From Geosiphon pyriformis uo1 (lineage: Eukaryota > Fungi > Glomeromycota): a stretch of DNA of 64,000 nucleotides. Positions 41,101 to 53,552 of the stretch are shown piece after piece. The position numbers were made by a program, and so were the translations under genes. The stretch is from the NCBI GenBank assembly GCA_016748015.1, contig JAAOMT010000571.1, forward strand, positions 685,095 through 749,094, written 5' to 3'. The notes beneath the pieces were generated by a model. That model was not told where the DNA came from, made no database searches, and was given only the letters and a program-made list of their open reading frames with translations. Each line of letters opens with the position of its first letter. Position 1 is the first letter of the stretch.

Positions 41101-44100
41101 TCCTGACTTTTTTCCAGAGCATCTTCAACAACTGAATCAACTGCAAACACTGGAAATTGAATAGACATATTCTTTAAAATGAAGAAGTTATCACCCTGAA
41201 GAACACCAAACTTACTGCATGCAGAAGAAATTCTATTGGAAAGAATCTTGAAGAGAATTTTCCTGGCAGTTTCAATCAAAGCTATAGGCTGTGTATTTGT
41301 AAGAATTCCATCCCAATTATATGGTTTAGGGATCATTGAGACCCAAGCCCTCCTTTACAAAACAGGAACACCACTGACCAACAAACATATATTTAACAAT
41401 CTTAAGAGATATTCTAACACTCTATTACCACTGCACTTCTATAGTTCATTAGGGATGCCAGACAAGCCAGCTGCTTTACCATCAAGCAGGCCATTGACAA
41501 CCAAGAGCAACTCATTCAAACTGATAACACCTATTATATTAGAAAAAGCACAATCCTGCATATAATCCAACAGAGCATACTGATGAGCCCAGAGATCAGG
41601 CACTACCAAAGACACCACCTGTTTTTTAGTCCAATCCTTTATGATTCTATCAACATTGAACTTTATTTCCTTAGGTTCCAAAATTAATTTATCATTCATG
41701 ATTAGGTGATCCAAAACTACTTTGCAAGAAGGCCAATCTAAAACACTTCTAATCATGCTGTCTTTGTCAGAGCAGAAATTTTCCATGTGCTTCAATATTG
41801 CCAGTTTAATAGAAGCCTTCTCAGCCACTCTTGACTTATACATCTTAGATTTTCTGTATTCTTTATGAACCAATGATAAATGTCCAAGAACTACTTCTGT
41901 CTTTCCACTCAAGCCAACCAAGTCAGCAAATACATAAGCCTTGGTGCTATCTAAAGTTGACCATGTTTTAACAAGGCAATCAACTCTAGGCAAATCACCC
42001 GAAACAAATCTTTTAACAATCTTGGCAACCAACAATTCCAAACCAAAGAACTTAGAAGAAAATTTATTCTTAGAATAATGAAACTTACTAAATTACTGTC
42101 TTGAAAATGTCTCGTCAGCTGATTTTACCACTACCCTCTCCAAAATTGTCTACATAGCATCCACATCATCGTGAGTTTCAGCTCTAAAAAATTCATTAGC
42201 AACCACCAAAAGCTTGACAGAAAAGCAATCCCTAAAACCAGTCTATTTGGGGCCATCAGCATCTTTAATCTTGAACTTTCAATAATTCTTGTTAATCTGT
42301 TTGCACAAGCTATTCAACCAAACGTCTAAGAGTTCACTCAAGCCAATCAAAACTGAAACAGCAATATGATCAGTATCAAAAAAACCAGACACAGAGCAGA
42401 CCTGATGACCAGCAACAGCAGAAAAAAGATTTTTGCTGACAAAAATAAAATCAATAGTCTTTTTAACTCCCCATGAATTGCTCCATGTGGAGGCCTTTTC
42501 CATATGATGATTGGTAAACAAATTGACCAAACTCAGACCCAAACAGAACTTGAAAGTTGTACTTCTTTCAGACTCATTCTCATTAAAATCTCCACCCAGA
42601 ACCACAAAAGTGCTAAAATTAACAGCTTTAGCAATCAAAGAGTTCACATTCAGAGCTTGTCCAAATCTGGTCTCAAAAGAGGCACCAGTGTATAAATCCA
42701 GAATTGTGACTAAAAGCTTGCCTTTAAACAAAAACCAAACCAAAATAATTCTACCAGGAACTTTCTTCACCTTAGATACATGATGGGCCAATGAATTGTT
42801 CATAATTACAGCAACCTTAGTACCAAGAAAACCTTTATCCAAGCCAGACATGAAAACCCACACACTCTTAAACCTATTAGCAATTCAAGGCTTAATACTA
42901 GATCTCAATTTAGTTTCAGTAATAAAAGACACCATATTACCAGAATTTGCATACCAATGTACAACATCTATTTGCTTTGCAAAAACATTAATGCCACAAA
43001 CATTGCACACAGCAAACTTCCAAACCAAACCACTTATTGGGAGGGGGAAGAAACCAAAAACCCGAGCCAACACACAACTGATTTAACTTCACTAAAACAG
43101 AACCAATTAAGGCTTCGAAAGCCACCAACTTAGTAGTTAAGACTTTTGAGCTGCTGAAGCCCAGAATTGGAACAACAAGTAAAAATGTAGACATTACTAC
43201 CAAACCATTCAAAACCATATTCGAATCTGAATTTACATTAATAATTATTGAAACAACTAAATGACCAGAAGAGGGAGAAGAGGCCAAAGGCACTAGTTTT
43301 ATGCCACTGAGTTTGTGCACAATGCCAGAAACTTGGTTAGTTAGCAGCTCCAAAGATCATTCCAAAGAGACTAAATAAGCATCCAATGATGAATTGTCAA
43401 CCAAAACAGGAGGAATACCAACATTCAGATCTGAAGTACCAGAAAAAGGGAAACCAGAACCAGAAGCAAAGCAAAAACCATCAGAGAAACCAGCCAGTGA
43501 GACCATCTGGACCCAAGATTTACCACCAAAGGCAGCAAGACAGGATATTAGAACACTTTTTTTCTCATACAATTTAGCCAACTGAATATGACATTTATTA
43601 GACATAATTCTTTTAAATGTTTTTGAAGGCTTAGAGAAGAATACAGCAGTTGTATTACATTCTAGAGCAGAATAACCAAACTTCCCACATTTCACATACT
43701 GAATCATATCCATTCTTGCCCAAAAAAGTTTAATTCTGCCAAGAATCGGCTCTGTGCAAAAGACAGATTCCAGATTATTATCAGATGTAAAACCAACTAC
43801 AGCATAGCAAATCCTATTACCAGTTTCCAGAGATCTGTTTATGATACAAGTTTTCTCACCAGCTCTTTCCAGAAAAGTTCCAAGATTATGTGCTGTTATT
43901 CTCACTGACAAAGTAAACAAAAGTGCTCTAAACTGGTCTCTTAACACCCAAGTCTCATAATTCTCTACTGCTTTGGCTACATGTACAGAATTCTTACCAA
44001 TTAAGAAAGACCACTTAGAGACTAACAAATTAGCTTGGTCCAATTCAGCAAACTCCACCACAGCTTTTTGCCACATTCTAATCAGTTGAATTTTGATTAA

Positions 44101-44990
44101 CTTAATTTCCCCAAATTTAAATACTGTGGTAACAATCATATCTTTAGGTGTGTCTATGGGAATTTTTTTAATTGTCACAGCCCAATCTGACCTCATTTCT
44201 TGTCTTTTAAGATTGCTGTTTACATCGATCTCTTTTTCCCTGGCCAATGATATGGCCATTTCCATGCTTTTTTCTAAAGTAAATGTTGAATGGATAATTT
44301 CTTCAAATTTTGAAGGGATAGTGGCCCTCCCAAAACCATTGACTGTTGAAAAAATTTTCCTAATGAACTGAGTCTTTGCCATAGCAGATTTGCCCTCTAT
44401 TGCCAAAAAGTTGATGTCCAAAGCAAATGATTTTCTAATAGAAATTTTTACAGAAGTTTTCACAATTTTAGGATTTATTCATTTCCTTTCCAAAGATATA
44501 CTAAGGGGAGGTGAAAAGAGTTCCATCTTTTCTTCCATTTCATAATTGGGAGAGCCAAGAGGGGACCCAAAAATCATGCCGGAATTCACTCTATTTGCTT
44601 TAGGAGTAGTAGCTGCTAAGCCTAAAAGCAACCCACCATTAATCTTTTCTATGACTGTATTGTCTTCACCACAACTAGACTTACTATCCATGTTCAAGTA
44701 CATGCCATCAGAACCAAGTTTGACTAAAAAAATGTCCCTTTCATCACCTGAATGTTTAACATTACCAAAAACCACTTTTTTATTTTGGGAGAAAGAACCA
44801 CCAGCAGGACTGTGGATAGTACTCTTAGGTGCCTTTTTCTTAGACATATTACTATCAGAAGCAGCTTTTAAATCTATGATAAAGGGATTATTAGTTAAAG
44901 AAATGTTGATATAAACTTAACAAGAAAAATAAAAACTTCTTTTTCAGAAAATGCTCTCTTTAAGGATTATTTGAAGGTAAGAGAGAAAGA
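38190..44990 (-). mobile_element. Near full-length decayed non-LTR retrotransposon (LINE): ORF1 plus ORF2 APE-RT-RNase H
   Basis: ORF1 fragments 42988-44847 with a decayed CCHC (KCGKFGYSALEC). APE motifs ITETKL, GGDFNE, IDFIF, DTDH. RT QDMHKAYDSV, FVDN. RNase H IYTDG, YLDSQ, KVKGHSG. Short A-run plus (AAT)n 3' tail at ~38190-38214. The 5' end is approximate. Confidence 0.92.
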
Positions 44991-45329
44991 AGTTTTTGGA
45001 AATTTCATTATTAAAAGTAAGTATTTTTATTAAATTTTTTATTTTTTGAAGTTAATACTATAAAAAATAATACTATAAAAATTGTTTATAATAGAAAACA
45101 AAATATTTTAACATTTTTACAAATAATATGATTTTTATTATATAGTATAATATATTTATTATTTTATTAATATTTATTAATTTTAGGATATTTTAGATTG
45201 TTAAATATCTTAAATTAAATTGCTTTTTTAAAATTATAAAATACAGGATTAATAAAAATAAACAACTAATAATATTTTTATTAATTTTATTTAATTTGAT
45301 AGATTGTATTTTAATAAAAATTCTAAACT

Positions 45330-45835
45330 TTTTTCTCTCCTTTGTCCAAAAATTCCCAAAAAAGAGTCAATAAAGTTTTTTCTAAAAGAAGTTTTTTTAC
45401 AATTTAGTATGATAAATCCAAACCGTTTTTGCTTAATTACAAGGCCACTGTTGACTGTAGTATTGCTGTGATAAAGAAGTCTGTTAAAAGTTTTGGTCAT
45501 GTAAATAATAAGGAGGATGCTAAAGTAGATGTTGCTTCTAGGAAAAAAAGAAAAGATGGTGTTTTAAAGGATGGTACTGCTAGTGAACTGGTCCTGTTTG
45601 AAAAAGCTGTTAGTAGTTCTTTGGGGTCTGAAGCTGGTAATACAACTGGGTCTGATAATGTTGACATAAAAGAAGAGTGTTTGATAGAGAAAACCAGTGT
45701 AAATTATGGTGAGAGAAATTTGTTCATAAAAGGCAATTTTAATCAAACACTAAAAGATCCGAGATTGGTGACCAAAAAAGCTCTGAGTATGTCATTGAGA
45801 AAAATCAATTTTTTGAATAATGTTGATGATGATAA
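45330..45835 (+). mobile_element. 5' fragment (ORF1 start) of a probable second LINE family, cut by element D
   Basis: ORF 45429-45854 (SRKKRKDGVLKDG...EECLIEKTSVNYGE) has the basic/acidic character of a LINE ORF1 start and ends exactly at the LTR TGTTAC at 45836. Confidence 0.6.
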
Positions 45836-48800
45836 TGTTACTCATAAAATATAAGAAGTATATTAGCATATAAAGTAGCCAATCAGAAGTAATCATAGTA
45901 AATGTGAAATTCCAAAATTCCTCTCAAGAGGAATTGCAAGATTCCAGGAATTTCAAAATTCTTATATAAAGAATCACAGGATTCCAAAATTCCAGAATTT
46001 CTCTCAAGAGGAATTACAGAATTCTAGAAATTCCAGAATTCCTGATGTGAGGAATTAAGGAATCAAGGAATCTTAATTAGGTATATATAGCAGTAGTATT
46101 AAAAGGAAAAAAGGTAGAATCTTTTGGTTAGAGACTTCTCAGTTTAGATTTAATCTAAGCAACCTTTTACATCACAAATATCAATAAATAATTATTTCAC
46201 TATCTTAATCTACTTTCTACTATTAACACTTCATGTTAATATTAATTCATACTTAACCACACTGAAACAATAGCTCTTGATTACAACTATTGATGAAATA
46301 CTAACTTAAAAAATTGCTTTGGCTTATTTCTTTATTTTTTTTGTTTTCTTTTATTTTTTTATTTCTTTTTGTTTTGTTTACTAAATTGATTAAGGATTAA
46401 GTGCTGAATTATTGACATCAAGAATTGCCTAATAAAAGATCTTTGTGAGTGAGTAAAATACATACAAGAATTATGGATTACTTATCAGAGAATTGCTGGC
46501 CACTAAGCCAAGAAAAGAATTGACAGAATTGTGATTCTGAGAAACTACTAAAAACAACTATTAAATCTCTGTCTATTATATAAAGAACTCAGCCAAAACC
46601 TTCAGATACAAACCACCTTCAGTAATCAACATCATTATATCAATTGAGCATCAAGTTACAGGTTTGTTATTTGCTTTGAGACCCCAAATAATTACTTGTA
46701 ACATTTAATGCTTCCTGTAAGATATAATTTTACAGAGAACCAGCACCAACAATAATCATCTAAAAGTGGTAGAACTAGAAAACATAAAAGCAAACCATTT
46801 AGGATTCACCAAATTCTTGTTTCAACAGTACAGCCAACAATTAGGATTAAACAATAACCATTTCCCAGCAGAATCAGCCTTCAACTTTTATGTCAATGAC
46901 AAAATCACAGACTGCTTAGGAGGAACAGTTAACATTGAATCCACAAGAGAAAATTTCTATACAGAATTGTTCTAACATACCAGCTTACCAAAAAACTACA
47001 GTTTCACACCAATCATCAGGAAAATAAACCAAACTATTGAAAGATACACCCAACAACAATTCTCCATCATCTATGCAGACAAAGACAAAGGAAGATTGCA
47101 AACACCAGCAGTAACACCCAAAAAAATACAACCACCCACTTGAAAAAAAGCCAGAGTTGAATCACCAACCAATCCATCATATCATTATATGCCAGAAAGT
47201 GTTATTAATATCTCCTCAATAAATGTGTTCACATTAAATACAACATTAACCTTTGGATGATTCTCATTCCAAAGTAAACAAAGAAGAGCAAAATTGTTAG
47301 GACCATATGGCAAATATTTTGAAGGATTTAAATCGCGATTACCAATGCCATCAGAATATCAATTACTGCCATCTTAACCTAATTTCGGAATTTTTGATCT
47401 GTGAGAAGTAACAAAATCAAAAGAAGAAGAAGAGGATCAGAAATTTACTTACCAAAACCTGATCTCAGAAAACCTGGAAGTTGAAACCCCAAACATTCAA
47501 ACTTCACAAAATCCAAATTTAGAACATCTAAAAATCGGAACTCTGAATATTCAAACACCACCAAATCAGAACAATCGAAATCCCAATTTAATTAATTAAC
47601 AACATATACTTCCAGAAATCGTAATTAATCAACCAGTTAAACTAATTGGCCAGCCATTACAACAACCAGATTAGCAAATCCAACTGCTGCCAGTATTACT
47701 TCAACAACCTTAACAGCTACTTCAACAGCCACAACAATCTCAACCACAACCATAACAACTATTAAACTTGAATTTAATGGCCTATGCTTCAATTGCCAAA
47801 CTCAAAAAATTCACCAGCAAAGAGGATGATGCCCAAGCATAGATTAATAATGTCACAAAAGCCATTACTGCTAATAATTGAGACAATGCCAGAGTACTTC
47901 AAGTAATTCTATACTTCTTACAAGATACTGCCAATTCCTGGTATCAAAGCTTAATCAACAAACCAGTCACTTTTGATGTGTTTAAACAAAGTTTTTGAGA
48001 TATTTTAACAACAATAATAGTATCAATTACCTGGCCAACACTTTTACCACTATAAAACAAGGGAAGACTAAAGCAGTTACTACATACTTAGGATGCTTCC
48101 ATAAAAACCTGCACCAAATTCAGACAATCCAAGCTGACTATTTTACAGTGCCACAAATTTTAAATCAATTTATTAAAGGTTTGTGCAGTAGCATTCTCCA
48201 ATACATATGTCTATTACACCCAGCAGACCTTCAAGCTGCAGTTATCAACACCAGAGATTTTGAAGCAGCAGAATTAGAAGCCAATCATGCCCAAGCCGTT
48301 AATCTAGTAATGAATGGATCATCTGAATTGAATTCCAAATTGAAACAATTTAGTGATTCAATTAATTAGGAGTTAAAGGGATACTTAGTTGACAATCGTG
48401 CAATTTATTAGCCACCACAATGATGCAATAATATAGAAAACACAAATTGTTTCCAAAATCAGTCACATCTACTATCATCATCAAGTTAGCTATGGCAGTC
48501 TAAAATGCATATTTGTTACAACTGTGGTAAACAAGACCATATCTGAGTTAACTGCCATTCTTATAGTAATTCATAATTGGAAAATCAATACAAAAATTCC
48601 AATTGCAGATTTCAGATCCGAATTATCACCCAAATCAAGATCAATATTAATTCATTTATCTGTCAATGACACAACAGCTGATTTATCAACCACTAGTATA
48701 TGCACCTCCAATCTATTAACCATAAACACTGACAATTTATCAACCACAGTCCCAAGCAATCTATCAACCACAGTCACTAGTAATTTATCAACTTTAACCA

Positions 48801-50640
48801 ATTCAAACACCAGCTTAAATGACACCAAACAACCCAAGATCTAGAATCACTCAAAACTGGAGATCAGTGATGGTTGTTTACCAACTGATTCTCAGCTCCT
48901 CACAACATCCAACAGGATTATAGTTGCAGAATTTGGGAGCTGGGCCCACCCAAAATCTGAATTTCCAACAGTATTTAAGTCTTCTGATTACTTCAGAAGA
49001 CACTCAATCACACAACCCAGAATTCAATCAACAATCCATACTTACCAACAACATCCCATCAGCAACCATTATGGAAGACAAATTACTTACTGCAATATTT
49101 CTTTTTAAAATTGACAAATCTTCAGAAGTCCTGTTGTTTAATGGAGCTGCCTTTAAAGAGAAACCCATAACTGTAATGTATACTAATACCAAAGTTAATA
49201 GTCAGTCCATCAAACTAATCCTAGATAATGGATCAATTGACAACATCATTACCAAGCAACTTATGAATCAATTAGGTTGCCAAGTTGACTGCACTGCCAG
49301 CACCAAAATCATTACAGCTGATAGAATAACAAAAACTTCTATTGGTAAAATAGACAACTTCCCTATTGAAGTCAACAACATCACAGTACCAATCAAAGTT
49401 CTGGTTATAGAAGCTACTTAGTACTAAGCTTTTGTTAGTAATGACTGGCTGTCCAAAACAAATGCAATGCTTGACTGGACAACACAAGAGTTGCAAATCA
49501 GTCAAAACGACCAACACATGCAAGTACCAGTGACATGTGGTTATTTCAGACCCAGCACTATAACACGACCACTCATTGACTTCAAGAAAAAGAAAAAAAA
49601 CCTACTTGGGAAGCCTATCAAGTATTGTGCACTGATGAAAACCACAATGAACTACTGCCAATACTCTCCTGGGATGACAACAGAAAAAAAAAACAAAAGG
49701 AAAAACTTACTTGAAATGCAGACCAAATTTGAGAAACTAACAATAACTCAGACAAACTGCCAACCTGAAAATGGGAAGAAACCAACAAAAAGAAAGGAAA
49801 AAAAAAAGAAGAAAACCTATCCAAAAGAACCACCACCACAGAAATAACTAGTGGCTGGGAAAGAGAGTACTTATAAAAACCAATAAAGAAACCACCATAC
49901 ATACCTCTCAAATGCAAAGACTGTGAAAAGAAACTTTCTTCCATGAGAGCTTGGATGGCACCAGATAAAGACTACTGAACATGCACACATTATTACTGTA
50001 AGTCATGTTATAGAGAACAATATGAGTATCCAAAACATTAAGAAAAGTGGGACAATGAGCCATGTTTTGCTTGCGGTAAACAATTACTTGATGAAAAAAT
50101 GTGGAACAACATCTCTGGTTAAAGGGGAACATGTGATGCTTCATGCCAGTATACAATTTTCATCAGTGACTGGGTAAGTTGTAGAACATCTGTTACTGCC
50201 ACTTGGCACCAAGCAATCTTTCACTTGGATGGTTACCCACACAATGAAAACAAGATCTGGTGAATAGCCAATGCCAAAATAAAAAGTGCTTTACCCAGCA
50301 AAATTCTGGAGATAAAAAACAATCCTTCAGAACCAGTTGACATAGTTTTTATCCCCAATTCAGACATCTTTTTGAATATTAAGACAGGCCCAGAGAAATT
50401 TCATGAGCATTATCAAAACTTGGCACCAACAAAAAAAGAACAAGAACAACATTTGGAAGAAATAAACATGAGACTATGTAAATACTGTTTGATCCCATGT
50501 GACTTTCAATATTATAATAAGTGTAATCTCATTTACAATTCACCAACATGCATGATCTATACAATTCCAGAAGAGGAAGAACCAATTAATAGCTACACAT
50601 TGGAATTGAAATTAGATTTTGATCCCAATTCAAACTCCGA
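45836..50640 (+). mobile_element. 5' half of Gypsy element D (same family as element C)
   Basis: LTR 45836-46703 (TG...CA), decayed PBS TAATGCTTCCTGTAAG, gag 46766-48560 with CYNCGKQDH knuckle, protease LILDNGS, Cys-rich insert. Truncated at the LTR of element C. Confidence 0.9.
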
Positions 50641-51488
50641 TGTTACAGGTAATTATTTCTGCTGTTAAATTAAATAACAAATCTGTAACTTGGTGTTCAA
50701 AAGCTACTTTCATGGATGAGGTTCTGCAAGTGTTGTATCTGAAGGTTTTGATGAAGTTCTTTGTATAATAGACAGAGATTCAATAAGGTCGATAATAGAT
50801 GTATCTTTCCAAAAGTTTTCCTAATTTCTTTCTCAGCGTGGTGGTCGGATTTAGTCTAGCAGTCATGCCCTTCTGGTAAGCTATCTGATAATATATAAAA
50901 TCCTACTCTTATTTCTGGGTCTTTTACCAAGCTATCCTTGATGTCAATAACTCAGCGCTTAATCTTTTTAATCAATTAGTATACAACAACAAAATCAAAG
51001 AAAGAAAGAAAATAAAATAAAGAAAATAAAAATAAAGAAAATAGAGAAAATAAGCCAAGACAATTTGGTACATTAGTATCTCGTCAATAGCCATAATCAA
51101 GAGCTATTGTTCTAGTGTGATTAAGTATCAATTACTATTAACATGAAGTGTTGATAGTAGAGAGTGGGTTGAGATATGGAATAATTATTTATTTGATGAT
51201 TGGGAACTGGAATGTTGCTTAGATTAAATCTAAACTGAGAGGTCTGTCTTTTCAGCTTCTAATCCTACTGCTATATATACATAATTGAGATTCTTCAATT
51301 CCTCAATTCTTTACAACAGGAATCCTGCAATTTCTTGTCAGGGAATCCTAAAATTTCTGGAATCCTGCAATTCCTCTGAGAGGAATTCTGGAATTCCATA
51401 TTTACTACATCTACTTCTAATTGGCTAATATCTACTGACTAATAATACTATATTTCCTATATTCTATGAGTAACATTATCCCTTCCTT

Positions 51489-52148
51489 TTAATATTGAGC
51501 TCTGTCGAAATCTAATTCTTTTAATTCCTCTTCTTGAATTATTTCTTGAACTTTTTTTTCAAGTATTAATTGTGTTATTTTATTTTGTAGTTCTTCAAAT
51601 TGGGCATTGGTCATTTTTCCCAATTGATTACTTGTAACTGTATCCATTGCTGTATTGAGTAAGATTTCTGGTTAGTCTTGAAATCCCATATATAGCTGGT
51701 AAATGGCTCAAGCTTGTGTGGTTAGATTGTTCTTTTCCACAAATTGTTCTAGTTGTCCCAGTATTGTGGTGTCAAATAACTGTTTTGTTTTGTTGGTGTA
51801 CAAGTTCTGGATATTTACATGTTGTCCCAAGTAAAAATAACAATAGTTTTTTGGAAATTGTTATATCCACCAAGTCCAAGTTTCTCTGGTAAGTTCTTGG
51901 CATAATCCGACTATTTGTTGTTTTTTCAAGGCCAATTTTATCTTGGTTATGATCTTGTTGACCACATTTTCAAGTCTTTTCTGTGCTTTGTTTTGTAATA
52001 TCTTTGCTGTATTTTTGTAACGAATGGTTTGTTGATTGATGGTAATTTCTATCTCCTGGTGTTGGATTAATTGAAAAATTTGTTGGGCTAGTGAATGGGT
52101 ATTGTCCATAATCTCCATTTTTCTGATCTTTTTTGTCGCGTCGACCAT
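51489..52148 (-). pseudogene. ORF3 of element C (220 codons, unknown function)
   Basis: Single frame from ATG 52148 to TAA 51489 with only point-mutation stops. Ends immediately before the PPT. Confidence 0.7.
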
Positions 52149-52171
52149 GTTTTTATATATTCTTTTGTTGA

Positions 52172-53552
52172 TCAATTGGATGTGTTGTTGTCAATGATAA
52201 TAATTGGTTCCAGATTTCGTGGAATCTTATCTGGTTGGACTAGTATTCTCTGTACTCCTAATTATGGAATATTACTGGTAGATGATGATGCTATATGGTG
52301 GTATAGTTTTAGTCGATCTTCATATGCTGCTTTGGTCAAGATTTTGTCGTTCAATCTTAATTTGTAAGCTCCATTTCCTAGAATTTTTTCTATGTGAAAT
52401 AGTCTGTCCCATTTGGGATCAAATTTTCCACTTCATTGTTTTTTTGCTTTGGTATGATGTAGTAGTACTTTGTCTCCAATTTTGAATTCAACTGGTTTAT
52501 CTGGTAGTTGGTTATCATGTCTTTTTTTTTGTTTCTCTTGTGACTTTTGTATGTTATCAGCTGCTTTTTATCATTTGTTTTCTAATGTTTCTATTAAGTC
52601 ATATGTTCTTCTCAACAATGTATTTTTGAAATTCTTTTCTGTTATTGGTTTGGTTGGGTATGTGCTGACTTCTATTTCCACTGGTAGTGTTGCTGTTCTA
52701 CCATATACTAATTCAAATGGTGTTGCTTGTATAGTATCTTGCTTCATTGTCCGATAAGCAAATAGTACTGATGGTATCAACAAATCCCAATCGTTCTGGT
52801 TTTTTTGGCTGAGTTTAGCTATTGCTTCACACAATGTTCTGTTGAATCTTTTGACTAATCCATTAGTTTGTGGATGGTATGGTGATAATAGTGGTCTCTT
52901 AATTCTGAATCTTTGGCTCAATTCTGTTAATGTTTTGTTCACAAAATGAGTTCTTTGGTCTAATAATAATTCTTTTGGACATCCATGTCAACAGATTAAA
53001 TCCTGATGAACAAATTTGGCAATGAATTCTGCATCCGCTCTTTGAATTGCTTTTGCCTCTGGTCATTTAGTGAGATAGTCCATGGCTATTGCTATGTATC
53101 TGTTTTCTCCGCTGGTGATTGTTAATGGTCCAATTAGATCAATTCCAACATGGTCGAATGGTTGTCCTACTTTGATTGGCCTTAATGGTTTACTGGATTT
53201 CATATCTTCTCTTTACTGACAAGCATCACAATTTTGAACATATTGGATGATGTCTGGATATATTGATGACCAATAGTATTTTTTTCTGGTTCTTTCCATG
53301 GTTGCTTCTTTGTGAAAATGTCCTGCTGTTGGATTTGAGTGCATGTTGAATAATATTGTCTCTTTCTGGTTCTGTAACTACTCTGGTTGATTAATCTGGA
53401 TCTTTTCTATTTTTCCGATAAAGTATATTTTGGTGAGTGATAAAATATTTTGATTGTTGTTTGATACTCTTTTGTTCCATTTGAGATAAATTCTCTTTGA
53501 ACTGTTGAGTGTTTATATAATGTTGAAGTTGTTGATATTTTTGTATGTTCAT
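52172..53552 (-). pseudogene. Integrase of element C, in its own ORF
   Basis: ATG at 53552, HHCC zinc motif, GIDLIGPL, SPYHPQTNGLVKRFN, GPY/F-like region. No chromodomain seen. Confidence 0.88.

Noticed and set aside
51489-52148. Calling ORF3 an envelope gene
   Set aside because: No signal peptide, transmembrane helix or furin site visible, and too short; kept as unknown.
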